A stretch of DNA of 31,522 nt from Paraspadella gotoi (GCA_051294375.1 JBJCIZ010000310.1:1-31522), one strand, 5' to 3'; positions 9,680 to 22,302 are shown, counted from the stretch's first letter. Notes: a model not told the origin generated them from the letters alone. Numbers and translations are program-made.

Positions 9680-12600
9680 TCCCTCGATAACGAAAAGCCA
9701 GGTAACAGCATCGGTCTGTCAAAGGATGATTGAAAGCCCAGGTTTGTGAGGTTTGGCGCTCTGCTTCTCCCGGAATTCGATCCGAAAAACTGTTGCAGGA
9801 TCTTGATGACGCATGACGGGTGAGCTCTATGTATCCGACGCGAACCGACGGCCCCACATAGCAGCGATTTGCGTATAGCCGCCGTGGGCCGCGAGAAGGG
9901 CAAATGCTACGGAGAAAAGGGTGGTATTCGCCGGCGTGATGGGCCGTGCTTTTGGCGTCGTCTGCGTAGCGGTCCATCGCTCGGGGCGGTAGAAGATGAG
10001 CGCGTCCGGTAAAAGTATTTCTCCTGATGACAAGTCACGACAGTGACTGATGAACCGCGGTTCGTTTGTATGCTGGGAATGGTGCGAACAATCAGCGTTT
10101 TTGTATTTTAGTCGGGATCAGTCCGAAAAATGCTCATAACATGGGTAAATACTTTCATCATATTTAGTCTCATAACTTAAGTAATAACGTTAAGTTAAAT
10201 TAATTTTAGTTTCATATTTGGGGTAAGGTAGGTAAGGCTAAGGGCCATAAGAACTTGTACCAATCAACAGGATGAGTTATAGACATAGTGCCGAGATTCA
10301 AGTAACGGTCATGGAGACTGTATACTGATTTACCTCAGGAATACTGAGGAGTTAAGTTGTTAGCGTTAGCAGATCGAAGGCAATCATTAGGTCTGAGAGA
10401 AAGTTGGCCTTCTGGATGGCAGCGATGGAGGGTGATCATGTTGCGGATGCCTCTGGTGCGAGAGTAAGGAGCTCTAATTATTATCAGGTATTATCGAGGA
10501 GGAAGTGCGAATAATCTTAAAAATTTATTATCGTTAAAGATTTTTTTTGTTTTCAAGTAAAAAAGCCTGTTGCGATAAATTTCATCATAATACCCGGTTG
10601 TTGTGATGACAACATAGTTTCATGGAGCTAATCCAATCCTCATTCTATACCCGATCCCTCATCGTGTCTCTGCATATCCTCATCTATCCGATCCTCATTC
10701 TAGTATATTTTCTATGTGGTCGTTCGGACCCATAAACTTCAGTTCCTTAAACCCGATCTTCATTCTCAGTCTAACGCCGAACTTTCATTGTCTATCGTCC
10801 TGCCTCGATCTGCCTCAATTCTATTCCCGATCTTCAGTTTCTAAATAACGCCGAGTCCTCATCCTAGTCCCGGGATCTGCGCAATTCCTATCCCGATCTT
10901 CATTTCTCATCTGATCTTTATTCTTGATCCGCGATCCCATCTCTAATCCCACGATTTCATTTCTAAACCCGATCCTCATCCTAATCCCGATGCCTCATCC
11001 TATCCCGAATCCTCAATTTTCTAACCGATGTGTTCGGCTCTTCATTCTACTCCCGATCCCTCACTCCAGTCCGGTGGCGGTGGCGGCACGAGGTATCCGC
11101 GCCGTCTTGCCCAGCGCGACGTCCTCAGTCGGCCAAAGACCCTCGACGTCCCACATAATGGGGTCAGATCCTGAAACTCTTCACTTTCACGGCCGCCGCC
11201 AAGGATAATGCGTAAACCTGTCCAGACAGCCGCCGCGACTCGTCGTGATCGACGTAACCGCACATTCCCCCCGGACATCCCCTCGCGCGCGATGCTCCGC
11301 TGCAGCCTCCTCTGTGCGCTGCCCGGGTTCCTGGCCAGATTGTAGAAGCCGACACAGGCCAAGCGGCGGAAGCCCCGGTAAAGAGGTCCCGCCTCCGTTG
11401 GAGCATGTGCCTAACCAGATCGCACGATAGCCAACTGTGGTAACGGCGAGTCGAGATTCCTCGCGTTCCAAAAAGTTGACGGATGAAAATCGGAGGCATC
11501 GCCGATTTGAAAGCTTTTGGCAAAGCCGCTCCGCGTAGGAAAGGGAAGTCAAAAGCTTTAGGGTCAGCGGACCGAAAAAAGTCTCCTGACGGTAAAAAGG
11601 GCAAACGAGAATATGAATTGAAGACTGCTCTCAAACGCTAAGTATAGGCGTCGCTGTGAATTGGAGAATTAATTAAATGTGGGTAGTAGACTCTAACGGC
11701 GTAAAGGTGTCAGGGGCGTTCTTAATTTTAGAATTGAAGGTAATTGTAATCATGCATAATGTTCAGCAGGTAGGTCTTGGAATTGACGGAATGTAAATCA
11801 ATCGGGCAATCTCTAACGCCTAAGTACTAAAGTTATCCGAATTTAAGAATGAAATGGGCGTTTTGAAAAAATTGATTGAGCCAAGACAGGTTCTTTGACT
11901 GAAAAAACCTGATCGACTAACACATCAGATAGACTTTGATTTGTCAATTATTGACTAGAGAGACAGAAGAAGGACATACAGACAGGCTATTTGGACCTGT
12001 AAAACCCTGATCGGCAGACAACACTGACAGAGACAACGAAGACAGTCTTGGAAAAATAGCGGACTGACAACAGACAGATGTTACTGAACTGGCCTAAAAA
12101 CGGAAAACAACTTGACAAACAAGATATATAGGAAGAAAAGAGAGAGAGACAGACAGACCCATCACCCTCTCCCGTTTTTGTCCAATTTAATCCTCTGAGA
12201 ATTGTTTGGCCCTCAACCTGAAGAGCGGGGCGCCGAGGGTGAATCCAAGAACGATGACACGCTGTTGTCGAGAAAATTTCGTCCGGCGACTGATCGACGC
12301 GAGTAATCGATGGACTGACCGACCGGACCCGTTCGAAGTATGCCTGCCAAAGTATTGCCTCGTGTGACACAAAACCAAAGAAAATCGCGGAGAAGAAGCC
12401 GAATTTATGTTGAGAACGTCCGAAAGAGGTTCCTCAGGTTCAAGTCGCCGTCCGACGTTAAGTTGAACTGAACAAAGGCAGAATCGATCATCGAATTATG
12501 CTATTTATTAATGTAGTTTTTTTTTAATTAAAGATATAAATTTCAGATGAATTAATAATATTTTAATTAAAAAAGACTGCTTTAAAAAATTGTACAATTA

Positions 12601-13967
12601 TGATAAAGTTTAGTTTTTTTAAAAAAAAGTTTAACCACGATGCATTAAAACTTACAGTCTATAATCAGTATACAATACAGCAAAGCACCTTGATCATTCC
12701 CATCATCTTCCTCTGCCAATTCGCCTTGCACTGATCCTCCAAATAAGGATGGGCGCGATGTTCTCTTCATTATGATCGTTGTTGAGTTTCCGTTCGATGT
12801 CCCCACCATTGTTGCTTCTCTCGCTCACAGGAACCCAAATTTTATTTTCCAAACAGCATTCTGAACAGAATTTAATTATTATTGAAAATTGATTACCAAA
12901 AGCAAAAATTAACCTTAATTTAGTTTGGGTTTAAGGATTAAAGAGTTGGCGATTTAAAAGTTAAAGATTAAGTATTTAATAATAATTAATTTTAATTAAA
13001 ATGTAAAAGTTCCAAGGATGTAAGATGAACAGAAAATGGGGCATTTTTCTGAAAAATGGTAATTCATTTCATCACCGATATGTTTAATGTGGGTCTTGAC
13101 ATTTTGAACGAGCTAAGGGTCGTGAAAAACTTCCATCCTGTCTTCAGATAACAAATATGCAGGACGCCTGCAAGACTCAACAATCTGAGCGTATTCAGTT
13201 CTCAGAATATATAAGATGGCGTTCCTATTCCTTCTAACTAAATAGAATAATACAAAGTTTTAGAAACTTTTTGCAATATTATACTATGGATAAGGAGCGC
13301 CAGACTGCCTCTAGTACTTAACATTAGAAAATACTGTGATATACTGACACACTAGCATCGGTGTCAATCTCACCAAACTGGAATTTAAAAAGGTAAAGCC
13401 GGATTTGCAGACGCTTCTCCAGCGAACTATCCGTCGCTCTGAAACTAAATCGGTCACCATCCGCTAACAAGTCGGCTTTTCTGGTATGAGTCTTTAGATG
13501 ACTCATGGTATTAGGGGGTCAACGCAATTATTTCTAATGAGCACATTCATAAACCTTTCCCCCACAATTCCTTAAATAGTTAATACACAATAATTGTACC
13601 AAGCCAACCATTTCCCTCGACCTAACTTTGGCCCACAACGAGGTCTCAAGTCCAAACCTAACCACAAGGCCATTTAAAAGCCATACTTTCTCTCCACAAC
13701 GCTTCTCGACCACGAACTGGTCCGCCCAAATACTCTTCCCACACATCCAATACACAATGCATTTTGAGCCCACAACTTTCCCCCTGCAACCAGCGCCTTG
13801 TACCGGCTCCTATTCCTTTTAAGCCCTTACCCGCTCCTCCGGGATCGATTGCATCACGTCCACAAAGGCCCATTCGCTTCCCCGTTCGAGTCGGAAACTT
13901 CCCCGCTTTCCCTGAAGTAACGCATTCCCATTGTCCTCGGCCGAGTCACGGAGAGACGAAGGTCCAT
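9680..13967 (-). pseudogene. Cytochrome P450, probably mitochondrial clan; six-exon locus fragmented by frameshifts (pseudogene or sequencing error)
   Basis: Motifs occur in canonical order on the minus strand across frames. Arg-rich N-terminus, PG..KGLxxIG and EY.GPV.E (13627-13967). YPxRP-like and GLxL (~13374-13500). C-helix QWWGHR..KLN..IMK (~12689-12830). FGFFSAIFFG (12218-12467). I-helix end FYNLARNP.AQRRLQ, K-helix L.AAVK(E)SFR and EDVALG..GYLVP (11065-11585). PDA..FYRPERW, HPF, HG..CxGRRFA heme region and VIKILQQF.IE (~9680-10070). GT donors at 13626, 13373, 12688, 12217 and 11064. Confidence 0.85.
10630..11060. repeat. Degenerate ~18-bp tandem repeat (cccgatcctcatcctaat)n in a P450 intron
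   Basis: Repeated ccgatc(c/t)tcat(c/t)ct units with scattered single-base indels. Confidence 0.75.
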
Positions 13968-14343
13968 AGTGAGGGATCCTGAATTTGCCGGTAGGGCCGA
14001 AACGAAGAAATGGAGCAGATGGAAGAAGGAAAGGGCAGAGGGGAATCCAATGATGAGGAAAGGGACGGAAATCCAAAGAGAGAACCGAAGAAGGGAAGGT
14101 CGAGGGGACCGGGGATCGATGAGAAGGGAAGGGGAAACTGGCGGGGGAAAGAGGAGTTGGAACCTTTGGATGGGGGAGTAGGGGAAGGAGTAGTCGTGCA
14201 AATGTTAATCAATTTATATTAGTATAACTTCTTTGTACTATGTTCTTATTTTTATGTTTTCATTAAATCATCTAAAAAAAAGTAATCTTTTATTGAAAAA
14301 AATGCAAGTCTATTGTAAAAAATTATTTTAAAAAAAGTAATGT

Positions 14344-14546
14344 TGTAGAACCCGGGCATTTGTATAACGTATCACCCTAGCCCTATAAAGCATATTATCA
14401 CAATCAGCTCGTGACCCAATTAGGTACCTGGGGATCGGAATCCCTATTGGTACCCCTACCTGCGGGAAGCTGGAGGACGAGGGCTGTAAAACTGCCCTTA
14501 AGGGCTTGGAAAACCCCCAAGCCTGGTTGTCAGAGCACTGGACCCA
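14344..14546 (+). repeat. Diverged partial copy of the 15834-16121 element, in inverted orientation
   Basis: Shares tgtag..cgggcat, taggtacc..ggtacc hairpin, ctgc.ggaagc.gaggacg, ggctgtaa and aaacccccaagcctggtt with the reverse complement of 15905-16121. Confidence 0.7.
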
Positions 14547-15833
14547 TATTTTTTGGCGAATAATACAAATTTATATATATTAATTTGTTTAAATAATGAT
14601 GTTTAAAAATTTTATCTTAAATTGTTCCATTTTTATAATTATAATTTTTGAAGCTGTTAATAATATAGGATTTAAAATGGTGAATGGTTGCGACGGTGGT
14701 TAAGGTTAGTTAGTGTTAAGAAAGTTTTTAAAAATGAAAATTTGTAAAAAAAAATTTTCCTACGCCATATCAATATCATTTTTATTTTTTACATTAAAGT
14801 GATTTGTATTCATTCCGCTCATGAGAAGCGAAAAAACAAATAACGACACGCAAATACCCGGTCGGCGAGTGTAAAGTTTAGAGGCCGACTTGCGTCGCCT
14901 ACGTGTGCAAGCGATTAGCATGTTGACTTGTTTTCACCTAAAATGAGGACGAGGCGGAAATATGTTCGACGGGCTTTGTTTGTTATCGGTAATTCCGCTG
15001 ATTCGCCACGAGAGAGAGCGCGTTTAAACCGCCTTCGGACCCCTGCTCCATGGGCGTTTTGTCGAATAAACCGGAAGGGCAGAGTGTTAGAGCAAACTTT
15101 GTCGGGTGGATTTGAGTTGGGGAACCCATTGCCAAAATCGCAGACTTCAGTGACATTAGTGACGTGGATACGTGGATGCTAAAAATACTGCGAAAAGTAG
15201 GTTTTTAACTGTAGATAATATTTATTTGTTCTTTTTTTGGGGGGGGGCGAATTAATTTTTGTGTTTGTGCGACGGTTAACATTGTAAGGCAGAAGAACCG
15301 CGTGGAAACGAGAAGCTAAAATGGCAAAAAACCTGCGATTTTTGTGATATAAATATATATTGAATATATTTATATTCCCGCTAAAACTAAATTCGAAACT
15401 CGTTTATACAGAAACATAACGTAATATTTATTTTATTTTATTAAGAAAATTTTTAGATTTTTTGAATTAACCATGGTCCCAAAAGTACAGTTTATTTTAT
15501 TAAAAATGAACGAATTAATTTTTATAATTTTTAAAATAATAAGAGAGCTTTTTTAAAATATTAGGGAAATGTTTTACGTGAAGTAAACCGTTAAAAGTTC
15601 AAATGTTATTATTTCTCGAAAACACGTAAAAAAAGCCTGAATCATTGTCGAATGAAAACGAGAGAGAGAAGAAGAGGAGAGGAGAGAGACGATCGCCGCC
15701 AAATCCGGAATCCCTGAAGATAAAAAATCAAAAATATTTATCTTCTCGGTGCGTTTCAACAACGTTCACCCGCCTAATAATATAATTCTGGTATAATATT
15801 TATTGCTATATAAATCTCTTTATATTATTAATA

Positions 15834-16121
15834 TGTGGATGAAGTCGCAAAAGTGGGCTGAAAGATGACTATCCGTAACTTCTATAACCTCCTCTAGCAG
15901 CCATGGAACGAGTCCTGGGCTTGAAACCAGGCTTGGGGGTTTGCCACGCCCCCAAGGCGGCTTACAGCCGTCCTCTCGCTTCCTGCAGGGTAGGTACCGG
16001 GTTGAGATTGAACCCGGTACCTAGTGGTCATGAACTGATGGCTTTACTCAATGAGCCACCGGGTCACAACTGAAAGTGTTATGCTTCTAGGCATGGTGAA
16101 CCTAGGCGATGCCCGACTACA
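15834..16121. mobile_element. Candidate solo LTR (288 bp)
   Basis: GC-rich island with TGTGG...CTACA termini in an AT-rich aata/tata target context and several internal hairpins. A related copy lies at 14344. Confidence 0.5.
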
Positions 16122-16856
16122 TATAATAAGCTAAAATTTCAAATTGTAAATTTTTAAATTTTAAGATCGGATTTGGATTCCTTGCTAAAATTGATTTAAG
16201 AAAGTATAATTATTTTTAACAAAAAATCTGAATCTGTTCTTAGAATTTAAAAAAAAAATTTTATTTTAATAAAACAAATTCGTTGTTGCTACTAAATTCA
16301 AACTTTTTCTCTATATCACAATACACAACAAAAAAGAAAAGAAAATACACAAAATCTTTCAATGGTTTAACTACCAAACAATGTATTTGGTTATCAAGTT
16401 CCATTAGTGTGAAGAAGTTTCTTTCTTCACGCCCGCAGTTTCATGCGTTTTAGACGTTGCCCGACCATGAAGTTTGACGATGGTGGATTATGGCAGGAAT
16501 TACTAAAGCGTCTCTCAATATCAATAAGAGTCATGAAGAAAAGGTCGCAAAGTATATTCCATAAATGTATTTTCACAATAATAAAGTTCATAAATGTTAA
16601 GTAAAACTGTATTTTGGACGGGCGATGTGTTTCAATGTGAGTCTAAAACATAACTAAAGAATAAGTTTCTTTCTCTCCAAAAATTGACAGCCGTAAAACT
16701 AGAAAAAGACCAGGAAACAATAATGACCGAACAGAAAACCGGCCAGTCAAATTCGTGACCTCGAGATTGAACAAAATATGTAAAAAAAAGAAATAGAGAG
16801 AGGCGAGGCATCACTTTTTCCTCAATTAGGCAGTTAAAATGTGTGTCCATTTTCTT

Positions 16857-16976
16857 TGTTTCATATTGATTCAAATATTTTTTGTTTGAATTTTCACTTT
16901 ATTATGATTTACATATTGCAGTAAATCATAAAAAAGTAAAAATTCAAACAAAAAAGACTTAAATCAATATGAAACA
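16857..16976. repeat. Imperfect 120-bp palindrome (fold-back repeat)
   Basis: tgtttcatattgatt...tatgatttac / gtaaatcata...aatcaatatgaaaca arms around atattgca. The right arm matches 1298-1355. Confidence 0.75.
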
Positions 16977-17334
16977 TGTGATTTTAAAAGATTTTGATGA
17001 TAATGATGATAAAAATACATATTTTTATATCTTACAATTAAAAAAATTGTAACAATTTCTAATTTTAACAATTTTTAATTGCAAACAATTGTAATATTTT
17101 TTTGTCTTTCTTTTATTTCTTTAAATTATTTGTCTTTCTCTTTTTGTCAGGCGCTGTCTCTTCTGATTCGTCTAAAAACGAGTTCAGTTCTGCAGCGACT
17201 GGACTTTTTTTCCGGATTTTTCCTTTAATTTTTTTTTGATAGTAACATCTGGCGAGATCACTATACTTTTAAAATTTTTTTGGGTTGAATTTCTTTATAT
17301 TCTATATATATATGTTTGTTTTATTTATGACGAA

Positions 17335-17453
17335 TGATTCATCGCGTCAATGAATTAATATCATCGCATCAATGAATGACTATCTTCACATCAATGTATT
17401 ACTATTACATCAATTAATTACTATTAAATCAATAATTCGTTATCGCATCAATC
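17335..17453. repeat. ~19-bp tandem repeat (tatcgcatcaatgaattac-like)
   Basis: About 6 imperfect units. Confidence 0.65.
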
Positions 17454-17484
17454 ATGTTTTTTTTAATTTTTTTTTCTTATTCTA

Positions 17485-18446
17485 AATGGTGACAATTTTA
17501 CAAGCGCCGGTAGAAATACGCTGACATTTGCAAACCAGTTTTTATTTCATTGATTTTAAAAATTAGTTGAGTAGAAACTATTTAAGTCATTTATGTGTTC
17601 AAATTTTATTAATTGATCAGTTAAGATATTCCTTGACAATGAGTGGAGAAAAATTTGGCTTGTAAATTGGGTTTTTTTTCCAACTCGCTTTTTTTAGATT
17701 CAATTTTCTTTTCTCTTACTTTCAGTAAAGTTTTCGTTAGAAATTTTGAAAAATAAAATAATATTAATTTTATTATCTTCTGGAAAGCCGCTTTCAAATC
17801 TAAAGAGAAATGACATACTTACACATACTGTAGTATAAAATTTAACCGGCCGAATTTAATGTTAAATTATGGAGTGCTGCAAAACACAAGACATCTTTCG
17901 CAAAAAGTCAATGAGCTCCGAGGGATAAATTGGCTAATCTTAAAATCTCTTTTTTTCAGGCTCTTTCATGATACTTATATAATTAATAATATTTTAATGT
18001 TATAATAATTTAAACAGGTCATATATTTTAAAAAAAGATTTAAAATTTTAGATAATTAACTTTTGACTCTCTTAATTGAACCAAGGCTGGGCAGCTAAAT
18101 TTTTATGTTAGAGCTTTCGTAAGTATATCATTTCTTCATTTTTTTAAAGGGCTTTCTGAGGATATTAATATTGTTAATATCTTAATAAATACTTTGTTTA
18201 AAAAAGTGCTAAAAGTTGAAAAAAAAAAAGAATTTAAAAACAGCGAGTTTGAAAAATGAAACCCGATTTTACAAGCCAACTTTCTCCACTCATTTCAAGG
18301 CATATCTTAACTGATCAATATCAAATTTGAACACATAAATGACTTTAATAGTTTCTACTCAACTAATTTTTAAAAATCCAATGAAATAACCACTGGTTTG
18401 CAATGAAGCGTTTTTTTTTACCGGCGCTTGTAAAATTGTCACCATG
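17485..18446. mobile_element. MITE with long (~200-bp) TIRs and TA TSD (Tc1/mariner-type)
   Basis: (a/c)atggtgacaattttacaagcgccggta at 17485 and its reverse complement ending at 18446. The inverted similarity extends to ~17695 / ~18230. TA at 17483-17484 and 18447-18448. Confidence 0.88.
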
Positions 18447-19219
18447 TATTTATTTATTCTATCGATTTATTCTATTTATCTATTTCTTATTCTATTTCTT
18501 GATCAAAGCATTTTAATCTTATATCAAAATAAAATTAATATTGTTTTGATTTATAAAATATGTTTGCAAGTATCAAAATGTTATTAGTGCCGCAGTAACA
18601 GTTCAAGTCTTTGAAAGTGATTTATATGTATTGGCACAGCCACTGGTTCATACTTGTACTTGTTCAGCTGTAAAAGAAAGATTTGTCTCCGGTGAAACTC
18701 AACAATGCCAAAAATTCGTTCTGCGATCTGACACGATCCTTGATTGGCTGCGGTCATAATTGTTACTTGCATGACAACTTTCGATAACAATTCCAATCGA
18801 AAGACATAATTCTTTGTCGTCTTCAGAAACGCAAATTTGTGAAACACTTTTTTCAAAACTTTTAAAAGCTAAAATGAAATTTGGTGAAAAATTTTGTTAA
18901 TCTTATTAATTTGATTTAATTTATATAAAATAAAAAAGACAAAATCAAAATACAAATCCACTCACTTAAACTAACGTTGCACTTTAAAGGAAGGTAAATC
19001 GCCTATCTTTTTTTTTAGAAATAAAAAATCATGGTTTATAAAATTTAAACAAACGTTTTTGAATCTGTGCCATAAAATCTGTATAATCATTATTTTATAC
19101 ATTATTTTCTTGGATTCTTGTATTTCTGGATCAGGAAGTTTTGCCGTTAATCAACTGACATAAACTGATGTGTCCTTACTCTCTCTCTCTCTCTCTTTTG
19201 ATATTTTTGATAAAGTAGC

Positions 19220-20048
19220 TGTTACGAAATAACTATCTTTTATATTACGAGGAAATCCAGCTTCTCTACCTTTTCTCCCCATGCTCTTTTGTTCTTTTTT
19301 ACTGACATAGAAAATGCCTCCGTTCTAGCGATCGCCACGACATCTTTAGGCTCTCTCTTTTGTTTATACTTAAGTACAGATTTCCGAAGGCAGTGTACAG
19401 CTGATTCTGATTGGTGCCCGTGATTTCGATAGATTTCGATTTGATTCTGATCGAATTCTGGCCACGTGGTATCTTCAGATCTCAAAGTTGTCACTGGGTT
19501 TTTAGTTCTTTTCAGAGCATTTAAACTCTCTTATTACATATCTGGGAAACTTATTTTTTGTGTGATCGCTGGTTTGGTGGACTTTTCTATGAGAGAAGCA
19601 TCTCTATTTTTGTTTATTATTGGCTTCAGAAACAAGTAAGGAAGACACTTTAAACTTATATATTTGCTGAGTTTGTACTAAATGTTTTGTTATTCCTTGC
19701 CCAGGACTCCACAAGCAAGCAAGCAAGCAAGCTACTCAAGCAAGCTACACTCCGCATCAGACTTACATAGACATTTCGTCAAGTCCTGGGCTTTGCAGTT
19801 CGTCGTCCTTCCGGCCTTAGCCGACGTCGTTCTGCCGAGACTGTCGTCAGCATCTCCAGGGCGTCTGGACCGGCGCCATCGTCTCTTCTGCGCCATTTTA
19901 TACCCGATTCCATCTGGTTTTGAATGCGCAGAATTAGTTCAGTCAGTTAGAATTCAAAGACGCCACTTCTCCGAACTTAGTTCAATACAGTAGCTTTTTG
20001 AGGTAGTTTGGAAAACTGGCCTAAAGCTCTACTCCATATTTTCAATAT
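19220..20048 (-). mobile_element. Possible solo LTR / TE fragment
   Basis: One terminus is TGTTACG/CGTAACA at 19220. The minus strand has TATAAAA followed by AATAAA. GC is higher than in the flanks. The other terminus and a TSD are not clear. Confidence 0.35.
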
Positions 20049-20051
20049 CAA

Positions 20052-20053
<2 letters not shown>

Positions 20054-20121
<68 letters not shown>

Positions 20122-20129
20122 CTCTCTCC
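20054..20129. repeat. (CT)n microsatellite
   Basis: Direct read. Confidence 0.95.
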
Positions 20130-20185
20130 TTTTATCATTATTTTCTGAAAAAATTTTTTTTAAAATTCTCTATTTTGTCTGCTAT

Positions 20186-20298
20186 GATGTCTGTCCGTCC
20201 GTCCCCCCTTACATTAAACTCCAATTACTTGTGATTGGATGAATGGATTGGAATGAAATTTTGTGCGTGGGTAGGAAAGTGTGATTGAGTTGAATATA
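20186..20298 (+). mobile_element. Internal fragment of the HINE family at 22914 and 27086
   Basis: gatgtctgtccgtccgtc...ccaattact...ggattggaatgaaattttgtg..ggtaggaaagtgtgattgag matches 23052-23240 and 27225-27340. Confidence 0.75.
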
Positions 20299-21371
20299 AT
20301 TTTTTTGAATTAAGTCATTTACATTCAAGCTTTTAGGGGTGGACCTACAGAGCTTCAAAGTAAATTATAGAAACGGAATGACACAATGTCATTTTCATTT
20401 TATAGGTTTTTTAGTTAAAACTTAGAGAAAATAAAAATTGCAGTTTTGAAAAATAATTGGAAAAGAACAATGCTCTGGCAAGAGCCAGTTGCCTAACTAA
20501 ACCTTAAATTATATTCAACGACCAAACCAGCCCGAGCGCGAGTCTCGTGCCTCGTCAGCCACGCGACCATCCTCCTCTTCCTCCTCCCGGCACCCAGGGG
20601 TCGAGGCTCACTCAGTTTTCACTTCTTCCTTTCTCCTGCCTCTCTCTACTTTCTCCGACTTTCCCTCTCCAGTTCTCTCCTTCTCCCACAATTTAAAAGA
20701 TATTACAATTTTTGTCTTAATTTTTTTCACGAGTTTAAAATTGAATTATCAAATAAGAGGGGAGAAATGTTGCAAAAAAAGCTGCTGGAAGGCAAGCGCA
20801 CCAGTTGCTATGATGGGAAGTATTATCAATTTGCTTTATAGGAATATAAACGTCAAGCACTTCTCCAACTAATGAAATTAAAAAATATTAATCACATTCA
20901 GTCAGTTAAGAGTTATAACAATTCTTTTCATTTCACTCCCATTTGAAATCCGTGTATGATATAAACAAAATTGTGTAATTTCCTTTCTTTTTGTTGTGTT
21001 TTGAAATTGGTGTACAAAGTAAAGAGTTTTAATTTGGAAAATTATGATTTTTTTCAAAAAAAAATTTTTTTTGTCTATAAATAAATAAAATATATAAAAC
21101 AAAACTCTTTACTTTGTACACCGATATAAACAAAATAAACCTGCTATGTCCTTTTCTTGTAAGTTTGATGGTAGCCTGTCCAAAGTCAGGGACAAGATAG
21201 TTTATTTATTAAATGAATGTATAATTTTTATATTGGTTGTACCAATTTCATAACAGTAAATTATAATCATAGACCTTAAGGTAAATGTCTTGAGCTCAAT
21301 GAGCAATGAGCATAGTGTTGTAAATAGCAACTTCTGCCTATTCAGAGAGATATATATGTTTGAAGAGACAA

Positions 21372-21589
21372 TGATTCTTGTGTTAGTGACAGAACCGTTC
21401 ATTATAAGCAGTCCCAGAGCTTCGGATCAGGGTGTAACACCGTGTTAGAGGCGGGTTAAGGGCCCCGTCCTTCTTAACTGCTAGGTGACCACTGGGCTAG
21501 AACCCCGGACCTTTGGGTTGGGAGGCGAATGACTTGCCTCCAGCACTAATAATCGCTGACGAACTGTTGGTGGATTTTAGTCCACCATA
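21372..21589 (-). mobile_element. tRNA-derived SINE-like element, copy 2
   Basis: The reverse complement aligns by eye end to end with 5965-6188; it lacks a short ggacccaa duplication present in copy 1. Confidence 0.8.
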
Positions 21590-22302
21590 TTAGGGGGAGA
21601 CTAACTCAGTAAGGTGGTTAAGAAATTTGAATTAAGAACCTTCTCAAACGAAAATTTAGACATTTTTTAACAAATTTGAATAGACAAAATTTTTTAATAT
21701 TACTTCATACTCCATATATTAATTTTTTATTATTTATTTATAAATAGGAAAGGCTAAAATTTTCTTTCGGATTTTTTTATTTTTAAGATCAGATTCAGGA
21801 AGCTTGCAAAAAGTTGTGTACACAAAGTATAATTCTTTTTTCGATATTTTGATCATAAGTGTGTGAAAAATATGAAAAACTATTTATAATCATCATCATC
21901 ATCATTTTTCGATAATTTTATTACTTTTTCTTAATTTTGACCAAGAAAACATAAATATTTTTGAAAGTTGTAGTTATATTTTTTATTAAAACTTTTTATG
22001 CTCTATCAGAATCCATCAAAAAAAGTTAAGATTGATTAAAAAAAAATTTTATCATTATATAGTAATATTATAATTTTAATAGCAACAATAAAAGCATGAA
22101 AATCGAACTTTTGTTAAAAATTCTTTTTTTACTTAAAAGTCGACTTCAAGACTAAAGTTTTGAACCCCCGCCCCTATTGAATTTAATTTCATAGTAGATT
22201 TCTAACCATATGTTGTAAAAGCATTAAATTCTGCCCCAACTTGATGCTCACGTTGTAGGAATCCTTAAATCAGACAATAATTTACTTTTTACTTGAAAAA
22301 TC

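Noticed and set aside
9955-9977. RYADD in ORF 9471..9977 as a reverse-transcriptase catalytic motif
   Set aside because: No other RT motifs are present; it is an off-frame reading immediately after the P450 PERW motif.
10020-10070. Two CTGATGA motifs with a gtcac/gtgac hairpin as a hammerhead
   Set aside because: No correctly placed GAAA or NUH; the segment is the antisense of a P450 exon.
13969-14222. Gly/Glu/Arg-rich ORFs
   Set aside because: Purine-rich low-complexity tract upstream of the P450 start, with no domain features.
15834-16121. IscB/TnpB/Fanzor omega-RNA-like structured RNA
   Set aside because: No adjacent RuvC/HNH ORF is recognisable; TG...CA termini fit an LTR better.
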